A stretch of DNA of 64,000 nucleotides, taken from contig OZ025791.1 in assembly GCA_964019425.1 (NCBI GenBank), forward strand, positions 372,001 to 436,000, in the 5' to 3' direction. The notes under the pieces are model-generated. The model was not told where the DNA came from. It did not search any database and was given only the letters and a program-made list of their open reading frames with translations. The position numbers and the translations under genes are program-made. The stretch comes from Flectonema sp. DT1601. Taxonomy: Eukaryota. This document shows, piece by piece, positions 23,875 to 34,765 of this stretch; within the stretch, counting starts at the first letter, position 1; the number at the start of each line of letters is the position of its first letter.

Positions 23875-25260
23875 TTACACCCATCTGACTGTTATTGGTA
23901 TTTGCTGTTGAAGTTCTTGAACAGTGGTCTGTCCCCATTGTTTTGATGATGTCTCTTGATGCATTATTGTTGTTATTGTTTCTTCTGATGCAAACATATC
24001 GACGGTTCCTAGATAGTCAAAGTTACCTTCCCATTCAGGGTGAGCTGCTAATGCAATAAAAAAGTGAAGAGAATCTTGAGTACTTGATCTGTCAGTCTTA
24101 ATAGACCAAACTGAGTATGGTTTTATTGAAGGTTTAGTATAGAATCGGTTTTGCTTAAAATCTCTAAAGTCACAAAGACCAACAGACGATCCAACTGAAT
24201 CTTTCTCTGCTGTGACAGTACCTTGAAGAAGAGCATAGGGAGGTCCATAGAATCCATCGATACCAAATTTTGGAGGAACTGATTCAGCTCTCAAGAAGAT
24301 AGACTTCGCTCGATTTCGAGTTAGACCCGCGCGGCATAATATTTCACCAGACTCAGGAGATCTGATGCTGACTTTTATAGTTCCGTGACTTGTGGTAAGA
24401 AGTACTTTACCAACTTCTGGGTGTTCCAAAAGTTGGACGTTCTCTCCACTTTTCGATGCAGTTGTCTCTCTTATGTAAGAAACCCAATTAGAGTCTTCAT
24501 TCTTACTTGAACCCCATCCTTTATAAAATATTAAATATTCACTTGATTGTTGTCCACTACGGCCGTTGTTTTTTAAAAATGTAAATCCGGCACAGCTATC
24601 CATTGAAAGACAAACTGACTGTGCAGCTGCGACAGTTGTGTTTTGCGTGAGGACGGTGTTTCCATCTGCTAAGGCACCGGATTGAAGAGACCATTGAACA
24701 CCTCCAGATCGAGTATTACTAAAGAGTGTGTGTGTTGACATAACAAATAACATTATTGTTACCCAAACTACTGCAATAGCTGATCCCATCAGTAGTTTTA
24801 TATTTGAATTTCGCCTCCTGTGTTTTATCTGCTGAGCCAACAGAGATGGAGAAGGATGTAATTTCGGAGTACTCATCGGTGATATTGTATCTGCTTTGTT
24901 TTCTTTTATTACTGAATATCTACGGCTGGCTTTGTGTCCAGTTTTTGCATAAGTGAGTTCTCTTGGTGGTTTGATTGGTCGAACATAACAACTTCTAGCG
25001 CTGTGGTGTTTGACACAAGTAGAGCATGCTACGCTATTGCATGGTTCACATACAGATTCTCCGGTTTCATCACATTGGCAGTATGCATGTTTTAGAAATC
25101 TGACTGATACTTGAAACCTAATCCTCGATCCGTCAATCTCAATCCCATACCTCCCTCCGCTTATAGCAGCAACACATGCTGGTGTCCACTCAGGGCAGTC
25201 GTCACCTTTATAAATTACTCTATCACCTATACTAAAAAGATGATGCTTCTCTCGTGGCAT
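23875..25260 (-). CDS. Single-pass multidomain protein: Tudor/SH3-like, Cys-rich, TM, PAN-like, cyclophilin-like
   Basis: GDRVIY..W.PACV...RYGIEIDG; CQC..CEPC..CSTC.KHH; TM LLMGSAIAVVWVTIMLFVM; C...CAGFTF...WVSY; LTTSHGTIKV...GPPYALLQG...FFIALAAHPEW. Confidence 0.65.
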   Translation of the reverse strand: MPREKHHLFSIGDRVIYKGDDCPEWTPACVAAISGGRYGIEIDGSRIRFQVSVRFLKHAYCQCDETGESVCEPCNSVACSTCVKHHSARSCYVRPIKPPRELTYAKTGHKASRRYSVIKENKADTISPMSTPKLHPSPSLLAQQIKHRRRNSNIKLLMGSAIAVVWVTIMLFVMSTHTLFSNTRSGGVQWSLQSGALADGNTVLTQNTTVAAAQSVCLSMDSCAGFTFLKNNGRSGQQSSEYLIFYKGWGSSKNEDSNWVSYIRETTASKSGENVQLLEHPEVGKVLLTTSHGTIKVSIRSPESGEILCRAGLTRNRAKSIFLRAESVPPKFGIDGFYGPPYALLQGTVTAEKDSVGSSVGLCDFRDFKQNRFYTKPSIKPYSVWSIKTDRSSTQDSLHFFIALAAHPEWEGNFDYLGTVDMFASEETITTIMHQETSSKQWGQTTVQELQQQIPITVRWV

Positions 25261-25471
25261 CTCCTGGTTTTATAAAATATTTAAATAACAAAACGATTTA
25301 CTCAAAAACCTTAATTAATATTTTCCATTCGCATTAACAAACAAAATCCATCTTCTCAATGAACCAGTCTGTTTAAATAAAAAAATTAAAAAAAAAGGAA
25401 ATCAATACGAGAGTTATCACCAACATTCTTAAGCATGTGCAAGAGTTCGGAATCATGCTTAAAAGGAATAA

Positions 25472-26215
25472 CTAATTCAGAGATGCTAGGAATGAAATAA
25501 GGACGTAGTGAAAGACTTCAGGATCGTCCATATAACACGGATGAGATCCTCCTTTGACTATAAAAATTTGAGAGTTCCAAATGTCACTTACTATGTTAGC
25601 GGAATCATAAGCAGCGGAATCTGCCTCACCATGAATGAATAGAACAGGGAGAGAGATGGATTTCCAAACTTTCTTTTCCACTGAAGTAGTTGCCATCGGA
25701 GCTACAGCTACCCATCCTTTAAAGGTTGACGAGTCTCTAACAATTTCAGGAATCGTATACCAACCAGAAGCCGACGGTGAGATAACAACCGGCTGCTTAA
25801 TTCCAACAGCAGTAATAAACTTTTTTAACCATGTTTTTCGTTCGCTATCATCAATTGGGGTTGAGTCTTTCTTACCTGGTAAATCAACAGCAATCGGACT
25901 GTATCCAGCTGCTAATAATCTGTGCATGGTTCCTAATTGTTTCCATGTTGATTGTGAAAAAGCTGCACCATGCAGTAGCAGGACTGTTCCTTTGTGTCCA
26001 CTCGGCACATCGAATTCCGAGTAAGAAACAGTAGTAGTAATCTCCGTAATATTTAATTGTAATGTTTTTTGTACGATCGCAGTGTCATTTATGTTTTGTA
26101 CAGGAAGTGAACCAACTACAGGAGTTTGGAATTTCTGAGGAGCAGACTTCCTAGAACACCACGCGCCCACTAACAAAACGACTATCACAGCAGGAAACAC
26201 AATCCTTAGTGACAT
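25472..26215 (-). CDS. ABHD14: ABHD14-family alpha/beta hydrolase with N-terminal signal anchor
   Basis: LLLHGAAFS, AVDLPG, nucleophile motif VVISPSASG, VAVAP, HPCYMDDP. Confidence 0.88.
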   Translation of the reverse strand: MSLRIVFPAVIVVLLVGAWCSRKSAPQKFQTPVVGSLPVQNINDTAIVQKTLQLNITEITTTVSYSEFDVPSGHKGTVLLLHGAAFSQSTWKQLGTMHRLLAAGYSPIAVDLPGKKDSTPIDDSERKTWLKKFITAVGIKQPVVISPSASGWYTIPEIVRDSSTFKGWVAVAPMATTSVEKKVWKSISLPVLFIHGEADSAAYDSANIVSDIWNSQIFIVKGGSHPCYMDDPEVFHYVLISFLASLN

Positions 26216-26501
26216 ACTAAAAGAGTGAATGGTGTACTGTAATAAATATGTTGTTTGTTACTTAAATTATAACTTACCACTGTGTTCGTCAGAGTTGGTT
26301 TGACTGTAGAATAAGAAAAAAGGGAATAAATAATACTTAGAACGTTAAAAAACACGTCGACGATCCATATCCGAAAAGATAACTTTTAAATGATTTTCGA
26401 CTCTTTAAATCCCGTGGTCAGTCTGTGACCTTCTTACCAAAGTTGAGATAGCTGAATAGAGCCTCACTATGTTAGATTTACACAACTGAAAGAAAAGGTT
26501 T

Positions 26502-27422
26502 TTAAGTTTCGTTGGCTGATGCTCTTTGACCCATCCAGTTTTGTTCCTGTTTTGTTATTTATATTTTATTGTTTTTGAATTTCCTATTTAGTTAACCAAA
26601 AGAAGATCAAAACCAAACCATTGATGGATAAGGAGCAGCAAGAGCTTCAACTGAAGGAGCGACACCAGGAGGAGGTGCTATCTTGCTGGGGTCAAACTGT
26701 TCTGCGCTTTCTCTTGCCGCTGCTTTTCTCTCATTAGCTGCTGCTTCTTTCCTCTCTGCTTCTTGTGCAATCATTTTCGCTGCTACTGGATCGCGTGTAC
26801 CGAAGTATCTGTCTTTAATATTTTGTTTAGCCATATCAGTATTGTCGTTTTCCTCGTGGCGGTAAGGACATTCCTTACCGCGATTACATTCTCCACGCGA
26901 GAAGAATGAGCAAACTTGAGGTCTGTTTCGGGAATAGTTGACGTTCTTGCGGGCAAGTCTCTGTAGATCTTCGTTAGTACGATCACGAGATTCACCAGAC
27001 AAGTGAGGAGTAAGTCCTTGAGACATTGCTTCTTCGTTTCGAGCTGAGAAGTAGTTTCGCTGAACATCAGAAGAGTGACGTTGGAAATTATCATCTTTCG
27101 AATAATTATCTCTAACTGCTACTGGTAATCCATATTCTAAGTCATAAAGACAACATTGACAAACATGTTTAACTTTAGCACATGTCTGACAGACTATAGA
27201 ATTCTTATATCTACTATCCCTACCTGGCTTCCATCTAAATACTGTCATTGGTCTTTGACATATATTACACTCCTTTAGATGTTCACATCTAATCATTCTT
27301 AAGTATTCATTTGGTCCTAAACAAGTTTCACACAAAATAGGAAACGACACGCTGGACTCACCAGTCTGCGTCTTTCCTGACTGCGCTTTACGTGCTCCAA
27401 CCTGTGCGCCTTGCGAAGCCAT
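26502..27422 (-). CDS. RBM22: Pre-mRNA splicing factor RBM22/Slt11/Ecm2 lacking the RRM; exons 27422-26619 and 26546-26502
   Basis: FPILCETCLGPNEYLRM, CNICQRPMTVFRW, CQTCAKVKHVCQCCLYDLEYGLP, CCCH finger CSFFSRGECNRGKECPYRHE, QNIKDRYFG. Spliced tail PYPSM|EQNWMG resembles the family YPSxDPxRMG end. Confidence 0.93.
26547..26618 (-). other. Spliceosomal intron, 72 nt
   Basis: ATG|gtttgg...aataaaatataaataacaaaacag|GAA; removal restores a family-like C-terminal motif. Confidence 0.87.
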
Positions 27423-27580
27423 TTGTTATGGTGTTGAATGCCTCTGTGGTGTTGAATGTGATTACAATAAAAAAGAAGGTTTTAACAATTGATTAACATG
27501 ACTTTCTTAATGTCATCGAGACACTAACAGTTTAGTTTTGATTATTTTATTATCAAAATTGTAATAAATCAAACACCAAT

Positions 27581-28810
27581 TTAGTGCGAAGGAGGTGAAT
27601 ACACTCCATCCTTATTCGAAAGCATTCCAACTCCTCCACGACGAACTTCACCTTGAGGACCACTACTACCCATTAGCAAGTGTCCTAATATGGACATTTT
27701 AAATTTAATCCACCACTGAGATCCATAATTACCTTGAAGGTCTTTATCGTGTTCAGGGTCTTTCCAACCACCGTAGTTAGCAGGCATCATTGTTAGCCAG
27801 GCTTCTTCGTATTTACAGAAACGACATGTTCTGTGGTTTAGAGCTTCACCAAAGTTATCTTCGTCAGGACGTGTTGATATGATTCTTGCGGCTTGGGATG
27901 TGCGATGACGACATTTTAAACAAATTAAACAATCGTTCCGTAGGTAGTTCCAATGAACTTCATCGACTTTGTCTGTCGTACAATTTTCAGATGGACATCT
28001 CCAGACAGCATATGTGACGCAGTCGCTGTCAACTTCTGCTTTCTGACCATCTGTTAAGTGTTCATAAACTATTTTTGGGTTATCATCACCTAACAAGTAT
28101 TGACCATGAACTGAACAATACCTCTCACCCCAGTAAGACCAATATTGGTATAGAAATGAAATCCCTTTTATCAAAACAGCAGCCCCCAGCAGTAACGCCC
28201 ACCAATAATCATAAACAGAAACTATCAGTTTATTATTAAATATGATTCCTTTCTTTGCTATAAGCCTATCGTGTAGGGTACTTATATATGGGTTCATTTT
28301 AGTATTCCATTGTGTATTGGTGTTTAGTTTCTTGTGAGTGTTGCGTAACCATAAAGGATGAATAATATGTTTTACAGCAGGGGCTGCGTACATGCCAACT
28401 GCACCAGTTGATCTTGACGTCATGATGATGATGAAGTTTCCGTTTTCATATTTGGTATTGTTTTCGAGATAGTAATGACCCAATCGTTTAGTCAGCTCTA
28501 CTGGAAGCCTTGATTGCATATCTCCAAACATGTAGACTAGTACTTCTACTCCTGTTTCTTTCTTTATGTTTAACAGTTTATCGTTGATTTCTTTATACAT
28601 ATTTTTGTCTGAAATTGTACCACTAATATCTAAAAGATGACACCCCTCTGGATGTGACGGGATTGATTTCCAAGTCGTTGCCGAGGTAAACGGATCATTC
28701 CTTCCATGATTACGAGCCCAACCACTACGAACCTCTTTAGAGTACTTCATAAACTCCTCAACTGAATTGCTACACCATCGCGAACTGCGTAAGGAATACC
28801 TTACTAACAT
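27581..28810 (-). CDS. TPM-domain membrane protein with C-terminal CxxC zinc ribbons, probably mitochondrial
   Basis: LLDISGTIS...INDKLLNIKKETGVEVLVY is TPM/YgcG-like. One TM, then CLKC and CRFC. The Arg/Ser-rich N-terminus resembles a presequence. Confidence 0.72.
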   Translation of the reverse strand: MLVRYSLRSSRWCSNSVEEFMKYSKEVRSGWARNHGRNDPFTSATTWKSIPSHPEGCHLLDISGTISDKNMYKEINDKLLNIKKETGVEVLVYMFGDMQSRLPVELTKRLGHYYLENNTKYENGNFIIIMTSRSTGAVGMYAAPAVKHIIHPLWLRNTHKKLNTNTQWNTKMNPYISTLHDRLIAKKGIIFNNKLIVSVYDYWWALLLGAAVLIKGISFLYQYWSYWGERYCSVHGQYLLGDDNPKIVYEHLTDGQKAEVDSDCVTYAVWRCPSENCTTDKVDEVHWNYLRNDCLICLKCRHRTSQAARIISTRPDEDNFGEALNHRTCRFCKYEEAWLTMMPANYGGWKDPEHDKDLQGNYGSQWWIKFKMSILGHLLMGSSGPQGEVRRGGVGMLSNKDGVYSPPSH

Positions 28811-28915
28811 TTTATTAATTACCTACACACAGAAATAATAGTAACGAGGAAAGCCCTTACCCACAATAGAAGTGCATTACTTATTAAAGATGAACTCCTT
28901 GATAAAGGAATACTT

Positions 28916-29431
28916 TTATGGTGAGAGTGGTATTAACCTTCTCGGATAGCGTTCAGTGACGAGAGCCTTTTTGCCTGCAAAAGAACGACCTCCAGCTATG
29001 CCAACAGGTGTGTAGTCTTCTTCTTTCTTAGCGCTGATAAATATATTAATTGACTTTGTTATGTGTTTAACTGCCACGAATATGAGCGCTCCCATTACAC
29101 ACAATGTCCAGGTGTTGGAGAGCAAGTAGTCCATCGCTGTGTTTAGCGCCCCCGGAAAATAGAAATTAGCAATCGAAAACCCAACTGCCATTATGAGAAT
29201 AACAAGCAATAACGGGATCGAACGACCTAAAAATGCAATTTTTCGATCCAGTTCGACTCCCTCTCGCAGTAATTTTCCAATCCGAGGAATGGCTTTTTTC
29301 TTAGCAACGAATGCAGCTAATGCTTCAGCGTCCATATCTTCAAAGGCACTGTTTCCTTCATCTTGAATACGCTGTGCGTCTTCAGATAGAAATATCCTAA
29401 GCTGTTCAAGTTCAGGATTGTATCGACTCAT
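28916..29431 (-). CDS. Hypothetical two-TM membrane protein
   Basis: ORF from MSRYNP after ttgtttttgaatcacag; two hydrophobic helices. Confidence 0.72.
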   Translation of the reverse strand: MSRYNPELEQLRIFLSEDAQRIQDEGNSAFEDMDAEALAAFVAKKKAIPRIGKLLREGVELDRKIAFLGRSIPLLLVILIMAVGFSIANFYFPGALNTAMDYLLSNTWTLCVMGALIFVAVKHITKSINIFISAKKEEDYTPVGIAGGRSFAGKKALVTERYPRRLIPLSP

Positions 29432-29793
29432 GTCGTGTATTCTGTGATTCAAAAACAATAAATTTATCTGTTTGCAACAACTATCTCAAAACCACATATA
29501 CTTATTATCAATTCTTGTTAAAAAGGAATTAATTTATTACAATCTGTGAAGGCAGGCGTCATCAGAAATGAATTCGCGATAGCACAGCAATGCATACCTC
29601 CGACGAAGGTATTCGCGCGTGACGTAATCCGTCAATAATTGATAACTTATATAAATTGCTACTTTATTTCCATTATAAAATAACAACGAAGCACGGTTTT
29701 AAAACCATCGGTCTTGTTTAATACAAAAGAACGCAGAGCTCTGCTGGATAAATTAATTCAAGTAGATTGGGACATTAAACTGACGATGTGATC

Positions 29794-31626
29794 TTATGTA
29801 AGTTTTGGAATGTCGCGCAGAAATGCGTATTTCTTTGCTTCAATTAACTGTTCCAGGTGAGCGTCTATCTTCTCTCTGAATTTCTCGATGCACTCTCCCC
29901 GCCAATCGATTGTCGCTAAAGCATTCCCGCATTCAGTTGCTGTTTCAGTTTGGATAGGAGATCCACCACATATTATTGTATCCATTAATGATAAAGCAAG
30001 AGGACCATCACCAACAACACAGGCTTTCTTTATCAAAGCGGTATAGGCTTCTGGAGAAGTACGAGCAGTGTCATTGTTTTGCTTTAAGATTTCAAGCCAA
30101 TGAAGAGCAGCGTCAAGATCATCCGCCTCACATGATAATATAATACATAAATTATAGCATTGTACTGGTGGGGTCAGTCCTATACTTTTAATTGAATTTA
30201 TTATCAAATCGTGCTGGCGTTGTGAAGGGCAAATTTTGCATCCGTCGAGAAGTGCTAAGAAAGGAAGGATGAGTTCATCGGAGTTGGATGTGGATTCTTT
30301 TCTTTTAGCAATAACATTATTGACAGCTATTTGAATACCTTCTTCAAATTGATTACCAAATGCACAAACAGTCGTAGCTATTTCTAAAACATCATTACTA
30401 TTACAGTCAGACACTATTTCTTGAAGTCTTTCCACAGCATTCCGATTTTCCTTTTTATCAACAATCTCCTCACAGCACTGTCGGAACCAATTTATTTTGT
30501 TGTTGTGATCCCACAGACAAGACCTACTCGTTTTTATACTTTGTTTGATCGATGAACAACCAGATATAAAGTTATTTTGCTTAACATCCTGAGGAGACGT
30601 TTTCACCTTCGCCAACAGAAGTAATCCTTTTTGATACTCCGAAACATGTTTTAATTCAATCAGAGAGTACAACAACGACACACAACTCAGTAGTGTCTCA
30701 TAATGCTTTTCAGAAGTGAGAACAGAGAGGCACAATTCCATTGCTTGTTGTGCAAAGCCAGAGTTGATGTGAATACGTGAAAGATTTACTGATTTAAACA
30801 ATGCTTCCATCTGTATGAGTTGTTCAATGACTGCTTCTATTTCTGAATAGGATGAATAGTTCTGTTGGGATAGAAGTTTTACGAACCTCGCAACCAGTCG
30901 AATATTTAATTTCTTACCTTCAATTGTCATTCTCAACAAGTTCATCATCATTGAAGCGTCATTCAGTCTCTCAGCGCTGTCAGATGCGACGAGTATTATT
31001 CTTGGGTCTAAGAGTTCTTCGGAAGTGAGGTTTTTCACAGCTGCTGCCCATACTATTCTGCTATCTTGTTGTGACTTATTGTATATTTGAATACCAGATG
31101 CGTAGATCCCAGGTGTTAATCTCAATTCCCTACTTCGCATCATTCTCACAGTCTTAGCCCAAAGTGGTGTTTGACAACTACTCTCTTGAGCCAACATCTT
31201 AAGAAAGATTTCAAACGATTCACTGTTAGCTTGTGGTAGGTTTTGAGAATTATTTTTTATAAGCTTGTTGTACAATGTAACAGCTCTATTAGTACTGAAC
31301 TTTGATTGTCGTGTAACAACAGCCATAGAGCTTAACACAAGATTCAACGTTTCAATCGAAAAAGGAACATCACCGATTGCTATTCCCCAATGAGAAGTAT
31401 TATTTACTATGTGGTCATATTCTCTTATCAGAGCTTTATACTTCCCAGATCGGTATTGTTTGTTGAACGAATTGAATAAAACCTGATCATCGTTAGAAAC
31501 TTTTAATTCATTTTTTATGGCTGCCATTCGGACTTCTTCATTACTCATGGTATCTGCTTTCTTTGACAATCCAACCAAGTCGGATACAGATAGTACCCGT
31601 CTTACTTGTATTCGAGTAATGAACAT
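29794..31626 (-). CDS. Pentatricopeptide repeat-like protein, probably mitochondrial
   Basis: PPR-like units GLTPPVQCYNLCIILSCEADDLDAALHWLEILK and PEAYTALIKKACVVGDGPLALSLMD; presequence-like MFITRIQVRR. Confidence 0.7.
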   Translation of the reverse strand: MFITRIQVRRVLSVSDLVGLSKKADTMSNEEVRMAAIKNELKVSNDDQVLFNSFNKQYRSGKYKALIREYDHIVNNTSHWGIAIGDVPFSIETLNLVLSSMAVVTRQSKFSTNRAVTLYNKLIKNNSQNLPQANSESFEIFLKMLAQESSCQTPLWAKTVRMMRSRELRLTPGIYASGIQIYNKSQQDSRIVWAAAVKNLTSEELLDPRIILVASDSAERLNDASMMMNLLRMTIEGKKLNIRLVARFVKLLSQQNYSSYSEIEAVIEQLIQMEALFKSVNLSRIHINSGFAQQAMELCLSVLTSEKHYETLLSCVSLLYSLIELKHVSEYQKGLLLLAKVKTSPQDVKQNNFISGCSSIKQSIKTSRSCLWDHNNKINWFRQCCEEIVDKKENRNAVERLQEIVSDCNSNDVLEIATTVCAFGNQFEEGIQIAVNNVIAKRKESTSNSDELILPFLALLDGCKICPSQRQHDLIINSIKSIGLTPPVQCYNLCIILSCEADDLDAALHWLEILKQNNDTARTSPEAYTALIKKACVVGDGPLALSLMDTIICGGSPIQTETATECGNALATIDWRGECIEKFREKIDAHLEQLIEAKKYAFLRDIPKLT

Positions 31627-32011
31627 TCTGTTCGTTATAATGTCTGACTTAGAAGTCACACTGTGATAGCAAATAAGTAATTTATGCTGCCTGATAATTA
31701 CTTACTAGCTGATAAAAGGTAATTATTCCAACAGTTGTTTACTCCTCACGTTTGTCGAATCTTTTTTCTGCATTATTTGAGTAACCTGCGTAAAAGAAAC
31801 GGGAGTTTTAAATATGTGAAAGTGTTTTACAATATTAAAAGTATCTGTTCCCTCTGATGGGCAATTCATAGTTTTCACATTTCCTGTTTTCAATGGATTG
31901 GAAAGAATTATCTAAAAGAGTTACCATCACATGTGAAGCTTGAGATCCTGAGCTCAAAGATAAATGTCAAACTCAAAGTTTCGATAATATAAATAGCCTC
32001 AAACATTATCA

Positions 32012-34150
32012 CTACGTGAATCGTGGAGTCTCTAAGGGGAAATTGCTAATCAAAGACGGAGGATCAACTGGACGAGGTGTTTGTCTCTTGTTATTCGGGT
32101 AAGGCCTATGCGGTCGGGGACTACCAGCAAGAGATGGACGTGCACTTGGTGTTTGTTGAATTACTTGTTGATGAGCGCCTAGTAGAGCTGTAGACTTTGA
32201 TTCCAATAGTTTAAGCAACTCATGGTCATCAGGGAGACCAAGTTTATGAAGATATTGTAAGAACATCAGAGCTCTTTCAGGTGTTATGTCGTGTTGGAGT
32301 TCATAAATACGATTGATCAAGGCGTCCATAACCACACCTGAAACACTCTCATGAACTAATGTAAAAGACAATACAGTAACATCAAGTATATTTGCTTCAT
32401 GTGGTGTCTGTAAGAACGGCTTAAGAAGCACATCAAGTAAGGTTGATTCTAAACGACTTCCAATAGTGTGGAAAGACCACAATAATTGAACCGCGTCGAT
32501 AACTTTTAATTCCGACTGTCGAGACATAATTGTTCGAGCTGACTCTTGGTAAATATCAACGTGACGTATTCGCAATGATGTAACTGACCAAATTAACTTT
32601 GCTGTCAGTCTCAAAGGAAATTTGTTCTCTGGTTGTTCTTCTTCATCAGCCTCCATCTCCTTAGTAAGTCTGTCTAATATATTTACAGAACTAATTCCAG
32701 GAGGTATATCATAACACGCACTGAAATATAAACAACTTGTTATCGTCTTAAATGATAGTCTTGACCAGTGACGTTCAAGGACGTTGGCCATCACTGGTAT
32801 CAAATTAGTTGGAATGTGTTGAGACTCCGTCGCTTTATTAACAACACCTAAATAAGATGTTATTTGCTTAATGAAATCATCTGTGCTGAAACCTTCTTTA
32901 AGTAATGTGATTGTATTGTCTACAACCCAATCGGGTAAAGGAATAGATAGCTGTCCATGAGCGAAGAATATTGCTCCCAGAATTTTAGTATTAGAGATGA
33001 TTATTGGCTTAGCAGCTTCGTGAATAGTTTTATTATAATTCGTATAGTATTCCGTAAAGAACTTAACACTGTCGGAAGCAGTTGGTACTGATAATACAGA
33101 AACTGACCAGAGACAAGTAGCAAAGCCATCAGGAGATAAGACTGTTTTCGTATCCATAGAAGTTGGTTTCAACATGTGTGATATGACAGAAGTATGACAA
33201 ATTCGTGTCGTTGCCATCGCCCATAAAACATTTGACACATGTTTTACAGAAAGTTTCGATGAAGTTATTTGTTTTTCACAACTCCTTAATAACAATTCAA
33301 TATCAAGCGACAGCTGAGCACCTGCCCACACTAAACGAGCACATTGCCCTGCAAGATTACGTGCATTATTTCTGTTCGTATTTAATATTTGTATTCTTGG
33401 GATGCAATCTTGATAAACTTGAATAACTTTACTACTTTTATTTTTCATCTTTGCAGCACACCACAATATCATACAGCTGTCATCGAATGATAAAGGGATA
33501 CCTTGTCTGTGAGTCTCGTGTAATAAAGAGTCGTATTGTGAATTAAACTTCGATGGGGATTGTGTTTTCCCCATAGACCAAGCCAATAAAGCCACCTCCT
33601 TGCCTGTTATAGCAGCCGTGATTTCACCAAACCCAAGAACAAGAGTTCGCCTAGCGAGAGATGTATTCGACAGTTGTCTTGCCATGTCAAGTAGGTGTGA
33701 ACGCAACGTCTCCGCATTCTCAAAGTGTTCGTTACTAACAGTAACAAGTTTCTTTCCTTGAAGAAAAACAAACTTCCTTTTGAGTGGATGCTTCGGTTCC
33801 ATTACACGGAGATATAAATCAATAGAAAATTTCAAATAAAAAATTTCTTTCAGAGTTATGTTTATCTTTGTGTCTATTTTATATCGACAACTACCATCCT
33901 TCTGCAGTAAAGATATAACGAACGGTAAAAGCTTATTAACGGCCAGATGTTGAATGTTATCAGTTCGAAGTTTAGTAATATTATAAAGGGTGTACGTTGC
34001 ATCATTCGTATCCCATAAAGAAGGTTTTGTAGTTAGTATATCGTGGACTATTGCTTCTGAGCGCACCATCGTTGCTTTTTCTGAGAACTTCCTGCCCGAT
34101 GTCGCCTCCTTCAACAGGCGAAATGTCAGTTTCCGAAAGTGATTAGCCAT
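32012..34150 (-). CDS. Helical-repeat RNA-binding-like protein (OPR/FASTK-type repeats), probably mitochondrial
   Basis: Repeats VALLAWSMGK, CMILWCAAK, VSNVLWAMAT, ATCLWSVSVL, AKLIWSVTSL, VQLLWSFHT; presequence-like MANHFRKLTFRLL. Confidence 0.65.
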   Translation of the reverse strand: MANHFRKLTFRLLKEATSGRKFSEKATMVRSEAIVHDILTTKPSLWDTNDATYTLYNITKLRTDNIQHLAVNKLLPFVISLLQKDGSCRYKIDTKINITLKEIFYLKFSIDLYLRVMEPKHPLKRKFVFLQGKKLVTVSNEHFENAETLRSHLLDMARQLSNTSLARRTLVLGFGEITAAITGKEVALLAWSMGKTQSPSKFNSQYDSLLHETHRQGIPLSFDDSCMILWCAAKMKNKSSKVIQVYQDCIPRIQILNTNRNNARNLAGQCARLVWAGAQLSLDIELLLRSCEKQITSSKLSVKHVSNVLWAMATTRICHTSVISHMLKPTSMDTKTVLSPDGFATCLWSVSVLSVPTASDSVKFFTEYYTNYNKTIHEAAKPIIISNTKILGAIFFAHGQLSIPLPDWVVDNTITLLKEGFSTDDFIKQITSYLGVVNKATESQHIPTNLIPVMANVLERHWSRLSFKTITSCLYFSACYDIPPGISSVNILDRLTKEMEADEEEQPENKFPLRLTAKLIWSVTSLRIRHVDIYQESARTIMSRQSELKVIDAVQLLWSFHTIGSRLESTLLDVLLKPFLQTPHEANILDVTVLSFTLVHESVSGVVMDALINRIYELQHDITPERALMFLQYLHKLGLPDDHELLKLLESKSTALLGAHQQVIQQTPSARPSLAGSPRPHRPYPNNKRQTPRPVDPPSLISNFPLETPRFT

Positions 34151-34765
34151 TACTATGTTAGTTTGATTGATATAGTTTCCATTTAGTACAAAATTAACTG
34201 AATGAGAGTTATAAGAGAACATGAAGCATTCTCTCTCGATGATGTAGAATCAAGAGTCTTTGATATGATAATCCCTATTAAGGCTTATTGCTATGATACA
34301 TAGTAAAGGATGCATTCTAAACAAGAAGGAGATATCAACCGAAACAGGAAACGTTGCTATGATTTCAATCGATCACCTGTAGTAATAAATAATAATAATT
34401 TAAATTAAATAATTGAATTGAGTCAATCAACTACAGCAATGCTTGATAAATAAATAGTGACGGATTTCTTAATATTTTTTTTTTTTTTAATTTTAATTTT
34501 TGTATTATTTTCATATTTTCTCCTTAGTTCTGTTCTACATCGCGGGTTTATTTTTCGGTTTATTTTTTTTTTTTTTTTTTTCCATTCCGCGAGACAGCTC
34601 CTGATTAGTACAAATTTTTCGACAAAAAAAAAAAAAAAAAAAAGAGAAGAAGAAGAAAAAGGGAAAAAGAAAAAAAAACATCGTAACAACTAAAAACAAT
34701 GATCCCATAAGAAACTATGAGTACGAAGTACTTGTAGCAACTATTACTACGACAATAAAACTTCA

